Position numbers and translations under genes: made by a program. From Candidatus Neochristensenella gallicola (lineage in GTDB: Bacteria > Bacillota > Clostridia > Christensenellales > QALW01), in assembly GCA_904419735.1 (NCBI GenBank), contig CAJFSR010000002.1, positions 1 to 58,927 of the forward strand: a stretch of 58,927 nucleotides of DNA, in the 5' to 3' direction. Below, in pieces: positions 1 through 9,400 of the stretch. Position 1 is the first letter of the stretch. Every line of letters begins with the position of its first letter. The notes beneath the pieces are model-generated. The model saw only the letters and a program-made list of their open reading frames with translations. It was not told where the DNA came from and did no database searches.

Positions 1-271
1 TTCGGCACGCTCAAGAGGTGAGTTGTTTTCATCCCTTCAGACTGTCAATAAACCTGAAATTTAAATTTTTTGCGGCGTATAGCCACATTTTTGCTTTCCT
101 CCGACAGTTGCTGCGGGCAAGCCGCTTATAAGCGGCTTGCCAAGGACGCTATGGGTATCAGCGGGAACAGAATGCAGTCCGAAAATCTTTGATGCCCAAG
201 CGAACGGCGTTCCCGACTAAAAGCATACCAGCTTTTTCGGCACGCTCAAGAGGTGAATTATTTTCATCCCT
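1..271. repeat. 36-bp direct repeat (1-36 and 236-271, period 235) enclosing a MITE-like segment with a perfect 26-bp palindrome (116-141)
   Basis: ttcggcacgctcaagaggtgaRttRttttcatccct occurs twice with 2 mismatches; ggcaagccgctta|taagcggcttgcc palindrome; the array may continue beyond the window edge. Confidence 0.7.
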
Positions 272-291
272 CTTTGCTGAATAATAAAGAA

Positions 292-1083
292 TTAATTTTT
301 CAGCATGCAGTAAAGCTCATAAATATTATCGCATATAAGGGTGGCTTTAATATCATCTTCCTGCGCCTGCTGCCGGGTTGTAACTCCTGAAAGGACTAAA
401 ATTGTATCCATGCCGGCATTTATACCGCAGGCTATGTCAGTGCTGAGCCTGTCTCCTATAAAAACTGCTTCCTCCACTCCTGTTCCGGCTTCCCGCATTG
501 CCATTTGAGCCATTAAAGGTGCCGGTTTGCCTATAACTTTAGGGCGCTTACCGGTCGCCATATAGAGCATCTCGCATAATGCGCCGCAGTCGGGCACGTT
601 AATTCCATCCATAGGACACATAAGATCGGGATGCGTCGCTATGTATTCTGCGCCGCTTTCTATAACCCGGCATGCGTATTCAATCTTTTGGAAGGTAAGC
701 TGGGTATCAAAGCCGACTACGATGCAGTTGGTTTCAGGATAAGGCTGGTCTCTGACATCCAGACCGCATGCGCGCAATTCGTTTTTCATCCCCTCAGTTC
801 CCAGTCCGTATATAACCCTGTCTTTTTTTGTGCTTGAAAGATAATGAGCGGTAGCCTGCAGAGAGGTCATAAATTCTCTTTTTTCCGCTTCTATATTCAT
901 GTTCCTTAGCTTTTTAACATATTCTTCCACTCCTTTGGAGGAGTTATTTGTTAAAAACATATATCGTGAACCGGAATCCTTTATATAATTTAAAAACTCT
1001 CTGGCTCCTTTAAAAAGCCTGTCTCCCAAGTAAATGGTACCATCCATATCAAGCAAAAACAGCTTTTTCTTTTTTAAATCCAT
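292..1083 (-). CDS. HAD-IIA family hydrolase (NagD-like)
   Basis: LLDMDGTIY motif I, LTNNS motif II, GKP, and IGDRLSTDI motif IV. Confidence 0.9.
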   Translation of the reverse strand: MDLKKKKLFLLDMDGTIYLGDRLFKGAREFLNYIKDSGSRYMFLTNNSSKGVEEYVKKLRNMNIEAEKREFMTSLQATAHYLSSTKKDRVIYGLGTEGMKNELRACGLDVRDQPYPETNCIVVGFDTQLTFQKIEYACRVIESGAEYIATHPDLMCPMDGINVPDCGALCEMLYMATGKRPKVIGKPAPLMAQMAMREAGTGVEEAVFIGDRLSTDIACGINAGMDTILVLSGVTTRQQAQEDDIKATLICDNIYELYCMLKN

Positions 1084-1177
1084 CCCAATCCCCTATTCTG
1101 TTTAAGTAACAGCAAATTATGCCGCTAATATAGTATTTTAATATAACAAATAATTTGCGTCAAATGATAAATTTCAT

Positions 1178-1206
1178 TTGACAATAAGATAACTTGCCTG
1201 TATAAT
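1178..1206 (+). promoter_or_regulatory. Consensus sigma-A promoter of tRNA-Ala
   Basis: TTGACA (1178-1183), 17-nt spacer, TATAAT (1201-1206), 13 nt upstream of the tRNA. Confidence 0.85.
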
Positions 1207-1219
1207 GTGTACGTTGCCT

Positions 1220-1295
1220 GGGGGTGTAGCTCAACTGGTAGAGCGCTTGAATGGCATTCAAGAGGTAAGGGGTTCGACCCCCCTCATCTCCACCA
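1220..1295 (+). tRNA. tRNA-Ala (anticodon GGC)
   Basis: Cloverleaf: acceptor GGGGGTG/CATCTCC with G3:U70, anticodon arm CTTGA-ATGGCAT-TCAAG, T-loop GGTTCGA, encoded CCA. Confidence 0.97.
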
Positions 1296-1300
1296 AAACA

Positions 1301-1346
1301 AATAAATCCGAACCTTGCGCCGATTAGCAATGGGTTCGGATTTATT
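1301..1346. terminator. Inverted repeat immediately after the tRNA
   Basis: 14-bp arms aataaatccgaacc / ggttcggatttatt followed by a T-rich tract. Confidence 0.6.
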
Positions 1347-1368
1347 ATTTTTTTAGAAAATTTATCAG

Positions 1369-1410
1369 AAAAACAGAAGGACAGGTATAAACGCCTGTCC
1401 TTCTGTTTTT
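1369..1410. terminator. Bidirectional intrinsic terminator
   Basis: 17-bp arms aaaaacagaaggacagg / cctgtccttctgttttt between the tRNA and the convergent hsdR remnant. Confidence 0.75.
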
Positions 1411-1416
1411 TCGGTA

Positions 1417-1685
1417 TTATGAAGCTGCAATTTGCATTGTATTTTCTCGAATCATATTAATTGTCTCCATCAAAGCAGTTTGGGTTTTCGCATCCAACAG
1501 TTTGATAAAACTGATCGGCTTGTCAAAAGGCGGTTTGGTAAGTTCCGCAACATTTTCATATATTCGTTCAGCTCAATATGGTTGATGATCTTGTTTACAA
1601 AAGCGATCTGCTTTTGTTTTCAAAGACTGGTCGTTAATAAAGGCGGAAAACGCCTGCATGGCCGATTCATGCTCCGGCTTGGCGT
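1417..1685 (-). pseudogene. hsdR: Frameshifted C-terminal fragment of a type I restriction endonuclease R subunit
   Basis: Minus-strand translation across two frameshifts: HESAMQAFSAFINDQSL / QKQIAFVNKIINHIELNEYM / ENVAELTKPPFDKPISFIKLLDAKTQ...IAAS*, resembling the EcoEI-type HsdR C-terminal domain (recognised from memory). Confidence 0.7.
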
Positions 1686-1875
1686 CTTCCCGATGATTCC
1701 ATACAGAAACAACCGGTTTTTCCCGTTTCTAGTTTGCCATCTCCGGCGAGTGTTCCATAAAGGGCGGGAATCAGCAGCTTAGCATAATCCCGCAGGGCGG
1801 TTTCTTGATTTAAATTGCTGCTGCGGCCGGTTTTGGAAAATTGCTTTTATAATTAATTTTAAGTATTTAAAATAA

Positions 1876-1898
1876 GTCCCTGCCGCATGGCGGGGACT
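1876..1898 (-). terminator. Terminator-like hairpin after the antitoxin gene
   Basis: gtccctgcc-gcat-ggcggggac stem-loop 3' of the 1920 stop codon. Confidence 0.5.
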
Positions 1899-1919
1899 GG
1901 CTGTATTTCAGCAGGCATA

Positions 1920-2141
1920 CTAGCGAACCTCTGCTTTTGCTTCATTAATATTATCTGACACATGCTCGGAATGATTTTGCCGTGCTTGCTCAGAAAGGGT
2001 TTCAAACGCTTCTACGCTTAAAACAACTAAGTCTCCCCTGCCGTTTTTGGTTATGTAGACGGGGAGCTTATACTTATGGCAAAACTCGAATATCTCATTA
2101 TAGCTGTTTCGCAAATCAGAACTTGGCCTTATTGAAGGCAT
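1920..2141 (-). CDS. Type II toxin-antitoxin Phd/YefM family antitoxin (orphan)
   Basis: IRPSSDLRNSYNEI...PVYITKNGRGDLVVLS is a Phd/YefM signature; RBS gaggtg. Confidence 0.85.
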   Translation of the reverse strand: MPSIRPSSDLRNSYNEIFEFCHKYKLPVYITKNGRGDLVVLSVEAFETLSEQARQNHSEHVSDNINEAKAEVR

Positions 2142-2461
2142 AAAACTTCACCTCTAAAAATTATTTTAGTATGTCAAGCCCTAAGCATAAACAAAAGCGA
2201 GCCTTTTACAGGGGCAAATCCTTGCACGTTCTGATAGCAGTAAATAATATGGAAGCAATAGGCTGCATTGGAATGCGGGCCAATTACTAAGCTAAATTTA
2301 TAATAACAAAATATCTATATCAGGTTAAGTGTTTTTTCTATAAATATTTACATTATAATTGGTTCCCATCCTTATATATGCAAATAATACTTCTGCGACA
2401 AAAATTGATAGCTGCTGAATGACGGTTATATTATACTTTGAATCAGCAGAATAATAAAAAA

Positions 2462-2488
2462 TAAGGAGCGTTAAAATAACGCTCCTTA
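2462..2488 (-). terminator. Intrinsic terminator of the glycan cluster
   Basis: taaggagcgtta-aaa-taacgctcctta with A/T tracts, just past the 2497 stop codon. Confidence 0.8.
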
Positions 2489-2496
2489 CAAAAAAT

Positions 2497-5217
2497 TTAG
2501 TTTTTGACCAGCCTATATCGGTATTCGTCCTCTTTTTTGCCGCTATGGGGAACATTATAGGTCAATTCGTATGTACAGCTGTCCGCATCGTACCAAGCCT
2601 GCCAGTAGTCGTTGCCTGTAACTGATTGGTCAACTTTTTGCCATTGACCGTCAATAAATTTTTCCAGGCTGTAGCCTGAATAGTGCTTTACGTTGGTAAA
2701 GGTCAGAGGCACATACCCCATGCCTCCTTTGACGGTTATCTCCGCAATGGCTGCTCCGCTTTCCTGTTCTTCTATACAGCTTATATATACGGGCGTATTC
2801 TTTTCCACCCTGCCAGTCTGAGCGGTTACAGTATATTTAGCGCCGACGGCATAAGCGTAAGCGGGCTTGCTTGTATTAAAATCTTCGGCCGGCATGCTGT
2901 TTATAATTTCGCTGGGGCCGTAATAATCGCTTTTGCTGACAGGCATATTTAAAAATTCTACCGTTCCCTCTACGGTACTGCCCTTTAAGATAGTATTTCC
3001 CACCTCATTGGGCGGACTCAATTCCACGGCTATGCAGGGTATATTGCCGTTCATAGTGTGATAAAAGCTCAGGCTGGGCTTTGTATAGGTATTTCCGTTG
3101 AGATTGGCTGTGTAAGAGATTACATTGAGCATTCTATTAGCGCCGGGTGTGGCTTTATACAGTACCGGCTCATAGCCCATAAAAGCTACCCAAAGCCCTT
3201 CTCCTGGGACATCTATGCGCTGCATTTTGTTTTCCTCTCCGATATAACGGGCTTCATCCAGAACGGGCAGCGGGAAATCTCCCGAATAGGTGTCCTGCCC
3301 AATAGTGAGCTCAACGCTTCCGCCGTCATTGCCTACGGCCATTGAGCCGTAATGATTGTCATTATAATCATCCCCGCCGAATTGGTAAAATGCCAGCCGG
3401 TCAAAGGTAACGTCCTCTAAAAAAGTATATTTAAAGGTATGGTAAGCGCGGGAAACGTCGTCAGTACGGGGCAGATTGGCCGTGAGTTCAAATTGTATTT
3501 TTCCGTCCGATGTAAGGCCGCGGTAAATAACTTCGGTAAGATTGGGCCCCTGCTTGCGGAATTGGGTGCGCACCCGCTTATATGAGAGCATTCTTTCACC
3601 GGCATAACGGGTATATACCAGGAAATTTCCGCCGCCTACATTTTCCGTCCAGTTATATTTCCCTCCGTAAATAGATGTCACCAGCAGGGGGCGAATATCA
3701 GTAATGAAACCGCGGTTATGAGTCATTTCGGCGTCATAGCAGAAGGATTCGCCAAAAGAACCTATAGAGCTGGATTCCCATTGCTGGTAATTGCCGCCCC
3801 AGCCGGCCAGACAAAGCTGAGAATGGCTGGCAGCAAAAACCCCGCCCCATTTTGCATAGGTCATGGTAAATTCATAGGTTACGCTGCTTTCAGCGGGAAC
3901 CTCAAGATAGGTATAGCCGTGGAACCATGTGCCTGCAAGATAGCATTTGGGGTCGTCAGGCTGATAATTGACAGGCTCGTGCCAATTCTTGCTTAATTGC
4001 ACCTGCACTCCTATGGGCTCCCCTGTTTCGGCGTCCCTCAAAAACGGAGAACACCCTAAGACACCAAGACGGTTGGTTTTTAAAAACTGCACGGGAATTT
4101 TTACGGCATTTTCGGATGGATTCTCTATAGTGAATTTCAGACGGTCCATTTCGTCCAGGCGTTCTTCCCGGTTAAAATCAGCCCCCATGTAGGTTAGCAT
4201 ATTATTTAAGGAAAAGCTTAAATACCCCTTTGTACTAAATTCAACCTTCTGTTCCCTGCCGTTTTTGGGGTGGATTTGCACTGCCGAGCCAATTACTGCG
4301 CTGTTTTGGTAGTATTCCTGTGCGTTGTCAAGAGAAGCGGAAAGAGAAGGGATACCTATTACATTCATGCCGGTAAAATCAGCTTTGACCAGTTCCAGCC
4401 CCGACATTGTAAAAATAATTGTCTTGGATTCGCTTTCCAGGCTCATGGAAGCGCCCGCTTGCTCGGGCAGCACAAAAGTCAGGCCGCCGCCGTTTGCTTC
4501 TTTTGCTGAAATTATTTTGCCGTCCGCGCTTTGCTCAAACGAGGAAAAGCTGTCTCCTAAGGATATGGAATAAGTTATGGACGTATCGTGCGCCTCGCCT
4601 GTCCTGCTCCAGAGATAAAAGCCCAGGGAAAAATATTTCGGCATGGCCGCAATTTCCACTCTGCCTGAAATATCCGATACATCGGCAAATACAAGGTTCA
4701 TGATATCTATACACTGCATATAGCGGCCTGATTCTATAATGCGCGAAACGGCCGTACCGTCGTCGTCTATGGGGAAAATACCCCTCAGTTCTTTTTCCTG
4801 GCCGTCCAAAGTAATTTTATAATCCATTTTATTTATAGCGCTTAAAGAATCAATAAGCGTATTATCCTGAACGGCAGCCTCAGTCTGAGTTATTTCCTGG
4901 GCTATGGCGCCCGCTTTGCTGATTCTGCCCTTCGTCGGCTCTATTGCAAGCCCGTAATAACCAGTCTGAATATTAAGCTGAGTGCCTCCGGCCATAGCTG
5001 CAAAGCCATCTTTCCACCACATATAGGAATAATCGCGTACATCTGGCTGCTGCACATATTCATTTACCGGAGAAATAATTATTTTATCTGCATTAGTCTG
5101 CATGGAAGAGGCGGATTGGGTGCCGGCCGGAGGAACGGCCGGTTCTGTGCAGCCGGCCAGATGAAGCCCGCACAGTGCGCATAAGGCTATTTTGAGAATT
5201 TTATGCCCTTTTTTCAT
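2497..5217 (-). CDS. Large uncharacterised lipoprotein (~906 aa)
   Basis: Long ORF; RBS aaggag before MKKGHK; lipobox LHLAGC; beta- and aromatic-rich; no catalytic motif recognised. Confidence 0.85.
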   Translation of the reverse strand: MKKGHKILKIALCALCGLHLAGCTEPAVPPAGTQSASSMQTNADKIIISPVNEYVQQPDVRDYSYMWWKDGFAAMAGGTQLNIQTGYYGLAIEPTKGRISKAGAIAQEITQTEAAVQDNTLIDSLSAINKMDYKITLDGQEKELRGIFPIDDDGTAVSRIIESGRYMQCIDIMNLVFADVSDISGRVEIAAMPKYFSLGFYLWSRTGEAHDTSITYSISLGDSFSSFEQSADGKIISAKEANGGGLTFVLPEQAGASMSLESESKTIIFTMSGLELVKADFTGMNVIGIPSLSASLDNAQEYYQNSAVIGSAVQIHPKNGREQKVEFSTKGYLSFSLNNMLTYMGADFNREERLDEMDRLKFTIENPSENAVKIPVQFLKTNRLGVLGCSPFLRDAETGEPIGVQVQLSKNWHEPVNYQPDDPKCYLAGTWFHGYTYLEVPAESSVTYEFTMTYAKWGGVFAASHSQLCLAGWGGNYQQWESSSIGSFGESFCYDAEMTHNRGFITDIRPLLVTSIYGGKYNWTENVGGGNFLVYTRYAGERMLSYKRVRTQFRKQGPNLTEVIYRGLTSDGKIQFELTANLPRTDDVSRAYHTFKYTFLEDVTFDRLAFYQFGGDDYNDNHYGSMAVGNDGGSVELTIGQDTYSGDFPLPVLDEARYIGEENKMQRIDVPGEGLWVAFMGYEPVLYKATPGANRMLNVISYTANLNGNTYTKPSLSFYHTMNGNIPCIAVELSPPNEVGNTILKGSTVEGTVEFLNMPVSKSDYYGPSEIINSMPAEDFNTSKPAYAYAVGAKYTVTAQTGRVEKNTPVYISCIEEQESGAAIAEITVKGGMGYVPLTFTNVKHYSGYSLEKFIDGQWQKVDQSVTGNDYWQAWYDADSCTYELTYNVPHSGKKEDEYRYRLVKN

Positions 5218-5683
5218 GTAGTTTCTCCTTTTATCTGTCTGGACCATCAATCAGAGCACAATGTGTTCTGCTAAGCATGCCCGCTGCGTCCGCTTTGCTA
5301 TAATACGAGCCTGAAGGCATCCAAATATCCGCGCCTGCACGTCTGGCTGATGCGGGTATTCTCCATAAAAATCTTCTGCCGTAAAGGAGGGCTGTTTTTG
5401 GGCCTTGCAGAGCGGCGGAATGCTGAAATGCCGGAAGTATTTCACAAAAGCAAAAAGCAGCCCGGAAAAACGCTCACATGCGGCGCGGCGTACTTTAATT
5501 GTATGGCCGATACATTTTATATGATAAGAGCTGGGAAATAAAGAGGGCGCGGATTTATTGTGCGCAGCCTGCAAACAGGATAATAAAAATACTTGCTGCA
5601 TTCTGTTCCAAACTGCTGCTTCTATCCGCGCCGCGTCAATAAAATACTATATGCTTTAATTTGTTTTAAGCAGCGCTTTGCTT

Positions 5684-7201
5684 TTAAGCAAGAACATTTT
5701 GAGCATCCTTAAGCGTATTATTAAGCACATCTTTTATTGAAGCAAAGAATACTGCCGGCGTCATAGAACCGTCTATAAACGCTTCATTATAGGAAAGATA
5801 AAGGTTAGCGAGGCATAATTGGCTGCCGTCCACATCAAAGGTGGGCGCATTCCAATATACAATGAAGGGCTGGGTGACGGTTTTGGATTTCAGCTGCTTA
5901 AGCACTTCCACCGACTGTTCATCGCAGGAAACGCTTGTTGCATCCAACTCAAAGGAAGCCAGATTTTCTTCGCTGCTGGCGGCATATCTGGGCACGCAGT
6001 ACTCGCTTAACACCTGCACTGAACCGGCGGGGTTAGAAGTGCCTTTAAAAACGCAGTAGGGCACGAACCAGTCGCGGATGGAAACGTAATCTTCGGCCTG
6101 CGGGCCTTTGGGCACCATTATTATGCCGTATTCCGGATAATTGCCCGCCGCTACCATCTTATTAGCGCGGTTGACGTATGTGGTCATTAACGCGACTTTC
6201 CCTTCGCGGAATTTAACGTCTTCAAAATCCCAGCATTGAGCAAACATCACGTTCTGCTTGCCTAATTTTATGAAGAAGTCCCAGGCTTCCAGCGCGTTGG
6301 CCGAATCTCCGGAAAACTGATAATAGCTTTTGCCCGTGTCCGGGTCTTCAACCTGAGATAGAATAGCTGCATTGTTGCTGGCCGTCAGATCCCACATAAA
6401 GAAATTGTTTTCGCCTATATGTATGCCGTAAATTTCATTGTCCAAATCGGTACAGGCAACGGCAATTTCCTCTAATTTGTCCCAGGTCCATGTGCCATTG
6501 TTATACATTTCATACATATCCTCGTCTGAATAGCCGTGCTGCTCCAGGATAGCCTTGTTAAAGAAGGTTACATGGCTTAAGGATACTTCGTCAAACCCTT
6601 CGGTGTTAGGCACTGAAAAATACAGCGAGCCGTCAAAAGTAGTAATTTCCTGGCTGGAAAGGTCGAACCAATCGGGGTCGCTGAAATCCGCATATTCACT
6701 GTAGCTGCTTAAAGGCTCCAGGATGCTTCCGGCCATTTGATAGTAGTAATAATGATTGTAAATGGTAAACGGACCGCCGGCATTGAAGATATCGGCTAAA
6801 GGATTGCCCGAATATGCCGCCTGGGCAAAGGCTGTTGCCCAGTCTCCGCCCCCCTGGACATATTCTATGGTTATTCCGTATTTATTCTGGTAATCATTGC
6901 GCCTGTTTATGGCGAAATCCCTGCGTCCCTCGTCTGTTTCAGAGGCGAAGGGGTCGTTTGAATCAGTTGTGGAGACAGTAAAATAACGGTAGGTTTCGCC
7001 TTCTTTTACAGCATTCTTTAATTCGCTGCTGCGCGGGCGGAGATAAGCCGACTGCGCGGCCGGGGAAGCGCTTGCGTCCGAACTGCTGTCAGGCGCGGGA
7101 GTAGCGGTAGCGCCGGCGCCGGTATCCCCGCAGCCTGACAGAAAGCCAAGGCAGAATATAATGCAAAGGACGCATATGATTAATTTACAGCCACTCTTCA
7201 T
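5684..7201 (-). CDS. Extracellular solute-binding lipoprotein (carbohydrate ABC type)
   Basis: Lipobox FLSGC; FFNKAIL...WTWD, FREGKVAL and YGIIMVPKGP motifs of family 1 solute-binding proteins. Confidence 0.85.
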   Translation of the reverse strand: MKSGCKLIICVLCIIFCLGFLSGCGDTGAGATATPAPDSSSDASASPAAQSAYLRPRSSELKNAVKEGETYRYFTVSTTDSNDPFASETDEGRRDFAINRRNDYQNKYGITIEYVQGGGDWATAFAQAAYSGNPLADIFNAGGPFTIYNHYYYYQMAGSILEPLSSYSEYADFSDPDWFDLSSQEITTFDGSLYFSVPNTEGFDEVSLSHVTFFNKAILEQHGYSDEDMYEMYNNGTWTWDKLEEIAVACTDLDNEIYGIHIGENNFFMWDLTASNNAAILSQVEDPDTGKSYYQFSGDSANALEAWDFFIKLGKQNVMFAQCWDFEDVKFREGKVALMTTYVNRANKMVAAGNYPEYGIIMVPKGPQAEDYVSIRDWFVPYCVFKGTSNPAGSVQVLSEYCVPRYAASSEENLASFELDATSVSCDEQSVEVLKQLKSKTVTQPFIVYWNAPTFDVDGSQLCLANLYLSYNEAFIDGSMTPAVFFASIKDVLNNTLKDAQNVLA

Positions 7202-7213
7202 AATTTATCTCCC

Positions 7214-8005
7214 CTATCTCTTTTTACGGATAAAGGTAACTCCGCCTAAGCCGGCAACAGCAGCAGCGGCGTAAGAAAGCACGCTTAAATCGCCCTCTTC
7301 CCTGGACGGCTCCTTATTATCGTCTTCATTGCCGCCTTCTTCCGGTGTTTCTGTTTCAGGCGTATATTCGCCGCTGTAGGCGTATATTTCGCCGTAAGCT
7401 ACATCGCTGCCGAAGCCCACGCTGAAAATGAGGGTTTGAACCGTCAGGCTGGAAGTGTCAAATGGAGCGGCGTTTGCATCGTTAGTGATAAAGTTGTCAT
7501 AGGGAAAATAAAGATAGCCTTTAAAATTAGCGGGAACAGTTATTGCCGACTGGTTGTTGTCAGTCAGGTAAAAAGTAGTTGCGCTTGTTACTTTGCCGTC
7601 TTTATCCGCGAGATAAACTGTTTTGTTTTCGGCCAGAATATGATTTAAGCCTGTGTCGGCGTTAAACCCGCAGCAAATTATTGCGTCGGCTTCTCCCGCT
7701 TCAACATAGAAGCCTAATCCGTCAGCGCTCTTTAAAATATTCATTTGCTCTTCGTTAAAGCTGGGAAAAGCTCCCCATACACCTTGAGCAATAATGACGA
7801 GACCGTTGCTGACCGTTACTTTTTGTGAAAAATCCGGTCCCCAGAAGCCTAAATCTCCAAAGGTTTTTTCTCCGTCTTCAAGATTGGTAAAATCCATCAG
7901 GGCAGTGGCTTGAATGCCGTTGGGCGTTACCGGGGCAGCCAGCGATACTGCGCCCAAAACCAGGGCCAGTACAGCAGCTGCCAGAATAATGAGACTCTTT
8001 TTCAT
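7214..8005 (-). CDS. Secreted, C-terminally anchored surface protein with a CBM-like beta-sandwich
   Basis: Signal peptide MKKSLII...SLA; acidic Pro/Glu linker; EEGD followed by a hydrophobic helix and an RKKR tail (sortase-like anchor). Confidence 0.75.
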   Translation of the reverse strand: MKKSLIILAAAVLALVLGAVSLAAPVTPNGIQATALMDFTNLEDGEKTFGDLGFWGPDFSQKVTVSNGLVIIAQGVWGAFPSFNEEQMNILKSADGLGFYVEAGEADAIICCGFNADTGLNHILAENKTVYLADKDGKVTSATTFYLTDNNQSAITVPANFKGYLYFPYDNFITNDANAAPFDTSSLTVQTLIFSVGFGSDVAYGEIYAYSGEYTPETETPEEGGNEDDNKEPSREEGDLSVLSYAAAAVAGLGGVTFIRKKR

Positions 8006-8147
8006 TGTTTTCCTCCTGAAAAAATAATTTTTATTAATAAGGACACAGTCCTTATCAAGCATAATAATGTTAACTTAAAATAGGATTTCAGCACTGGTAT
8101 ATAAGGGATAATACGGCTAAAAATAACTGAATCTGCGTCCAAACAAG

Positions 8148-8322
8148 CTGTATTGTATTGGCCGCGGCTCTCATGCCGTGTGCCGGAAGGCACATGGCGT
8201 TTTTATGCCTTGCAGGGGCGTAAACAGCATATTTCCGGCTCCGCGGCTTCTGCCGGGGAATTTGCTTATTTTAAAAAGCAGCGGAGGAAGGCGTGCCGGG
8301 AGTGCGGCGGCTGAGGCGCAGA
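8148..8322. repeat. Degenerate intergenic element with two back-to-back hairpin modules
   Basis: gtgtgcc-ggaa-ggcacat...gccttgcagg, then ttttaaaaagc...cgtgc-cggga-gtgcg...ggcgcag; same layout as the MITE interior. Confidence 0.45.
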
Positions 8323-8439
8323 GGCCCTGCTATTTTCCTTGTTAATGCGCAGTATCTTCTGCGCATTAGCGCTGAATAAGTGCGGTTAGTACTGCTTAGG
8401 AAATAATCCGCCGCTAAGAATAAGATATGCGTGCATCAG

Positions 8440-9267
8440 TTATGTTTCGGGATCAGCCAGAGAAATATCATCTATTATTATGCAGTCTGTCAGTGATGCA
8501 TCAGTAAATCTTATATCCAGGCTGATGGTGGTTACATTCTTTAATTCGTCCTGCGCAAGAGTAGTTCCCTCCCACCAGGGCACCTGCTGCTCCAGGGGAT
8601 AATATACCCAGCCCGTAAAGCCGGACGGAATATCCAGGCTGGTATTGCCTGTGCCGTTGGTATTGTTTACGTCTGCCGCGTCTGAAGTAAATACCTGTTC
8701 TTCCTCGCCTGAAGAGGAGATAATTCTGGCTCCCTCCGGGTCAAGACAGCCGTTTTTTAACGGTTCGTCAATAACGAGCACTACCGCTATTGAAACGTCT
8801 GAATCCCCCTGATTATTGACCCAGAAACGTAAGTAGCCGTAATTTTGAGCCTGGCTGAAGCCTTGGGTTATATCCCCCGCCTGATTTTGGATCTGCATGG
8901 ATATAACGCCGTGAGCGGGCGTATAATTTATATCTAAGCAAAGCCCTTTGCCAGACTGAACAGATTCCCCCTCTTCAAAAAGCACCGGGGGCGTCGTAAA
9001 GTTGTATAAAGACAGGTCGAAAAATTCCAGTCCCTCATTTTCCTTTTCAAAGTCTACCAGCATGACGCCTGGGGAGACTTGCACAGCGCCGGTTTGGTTC
9101 TGCGGCGAGCCGGAAGAGGATGTATTAAGAGTGCCTGCCGTTTCAGACGCAGGGGCGCTCTGCAATATTTGGCTTGAAGCTGAAGGCGGGTTTTCATTGC
9201 TGCATGAAGTGAAAAGCATTGCTGTTATTAAGGACAAAATGACGAGCGGAATGAAGTGTTTTTTCAT
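8440..9267 (-). CDS. Lipoprotein with a CBM-like (galactose-binding-like) domain
   Basis: Lipobox LFTSC; Ser/Thr linker; LVDFE...LRFWV...IPSGFTGWVYYP...IIIDDISL pattern. Confidence 0.75.
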   Translation of the reverse strand: MKKHFIPLVILSLITAMLFTSCSNENPPSASSQILQSAPASETAGTLNTSSSGSPQNQTGAVQVSPGVMLVDFEKENEGLEFFDLSLYNFTTPPVLFEEGESVQSGKGLCLDINYTPAHGVISMQIQNQAGDITQGFSQAQNYGYLRFWVNNQGDSDVSIAVVLVIDEPLKNGCLDPEGARIISSSGEEEQVFTSDAADVNNTNGTGNTSLDIPSGFTGWVYYPLEQQVPWWEGTTLAQDELKNVTTISLDIRFTDASLTDCIIIDDISLADPET

Positions 9268-9304
9268 AAATGCTCTCCTTAATATTTTTTAATCTTTTCG
9301 TAGT

Positions 9305-9333
9305 ATTATAGTTTGCTGAAAAGGCAAAGTCAA
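9305..9333 (-). promoter_or_regulatory. Sigma-A type promoter for the 9267 lipoprotein gene
   Basis: Minus strand TTGACT, 17-nt spacer, TATAAT. Confidence 0.65.
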
Positions 9334-9400
9334 TACTTTAGACAAAGAAATTTAAAAAAATATTAATTTTGATAACTCTTTTTTATTGATTTTTCAATCC

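Noticed and set aside
1432-1782. 116-aa plus-strand ORF
   Set aside because: Shadow of the minus-strand hsdR remnant; no RBS or recognisable motif
2142-2450. Riboswitch (e.g. c-di-GMP) upstream of the antitoxin
   Set aside because: Only a GGCAAA-like fragment; the remaining consensus stems could not be found
5251-5601. 116-aa ORF between the solute-binding protein and the large lipoprotein
   Set aside because: Atypical composition and no RBS; overlaps a degenerate repeat module
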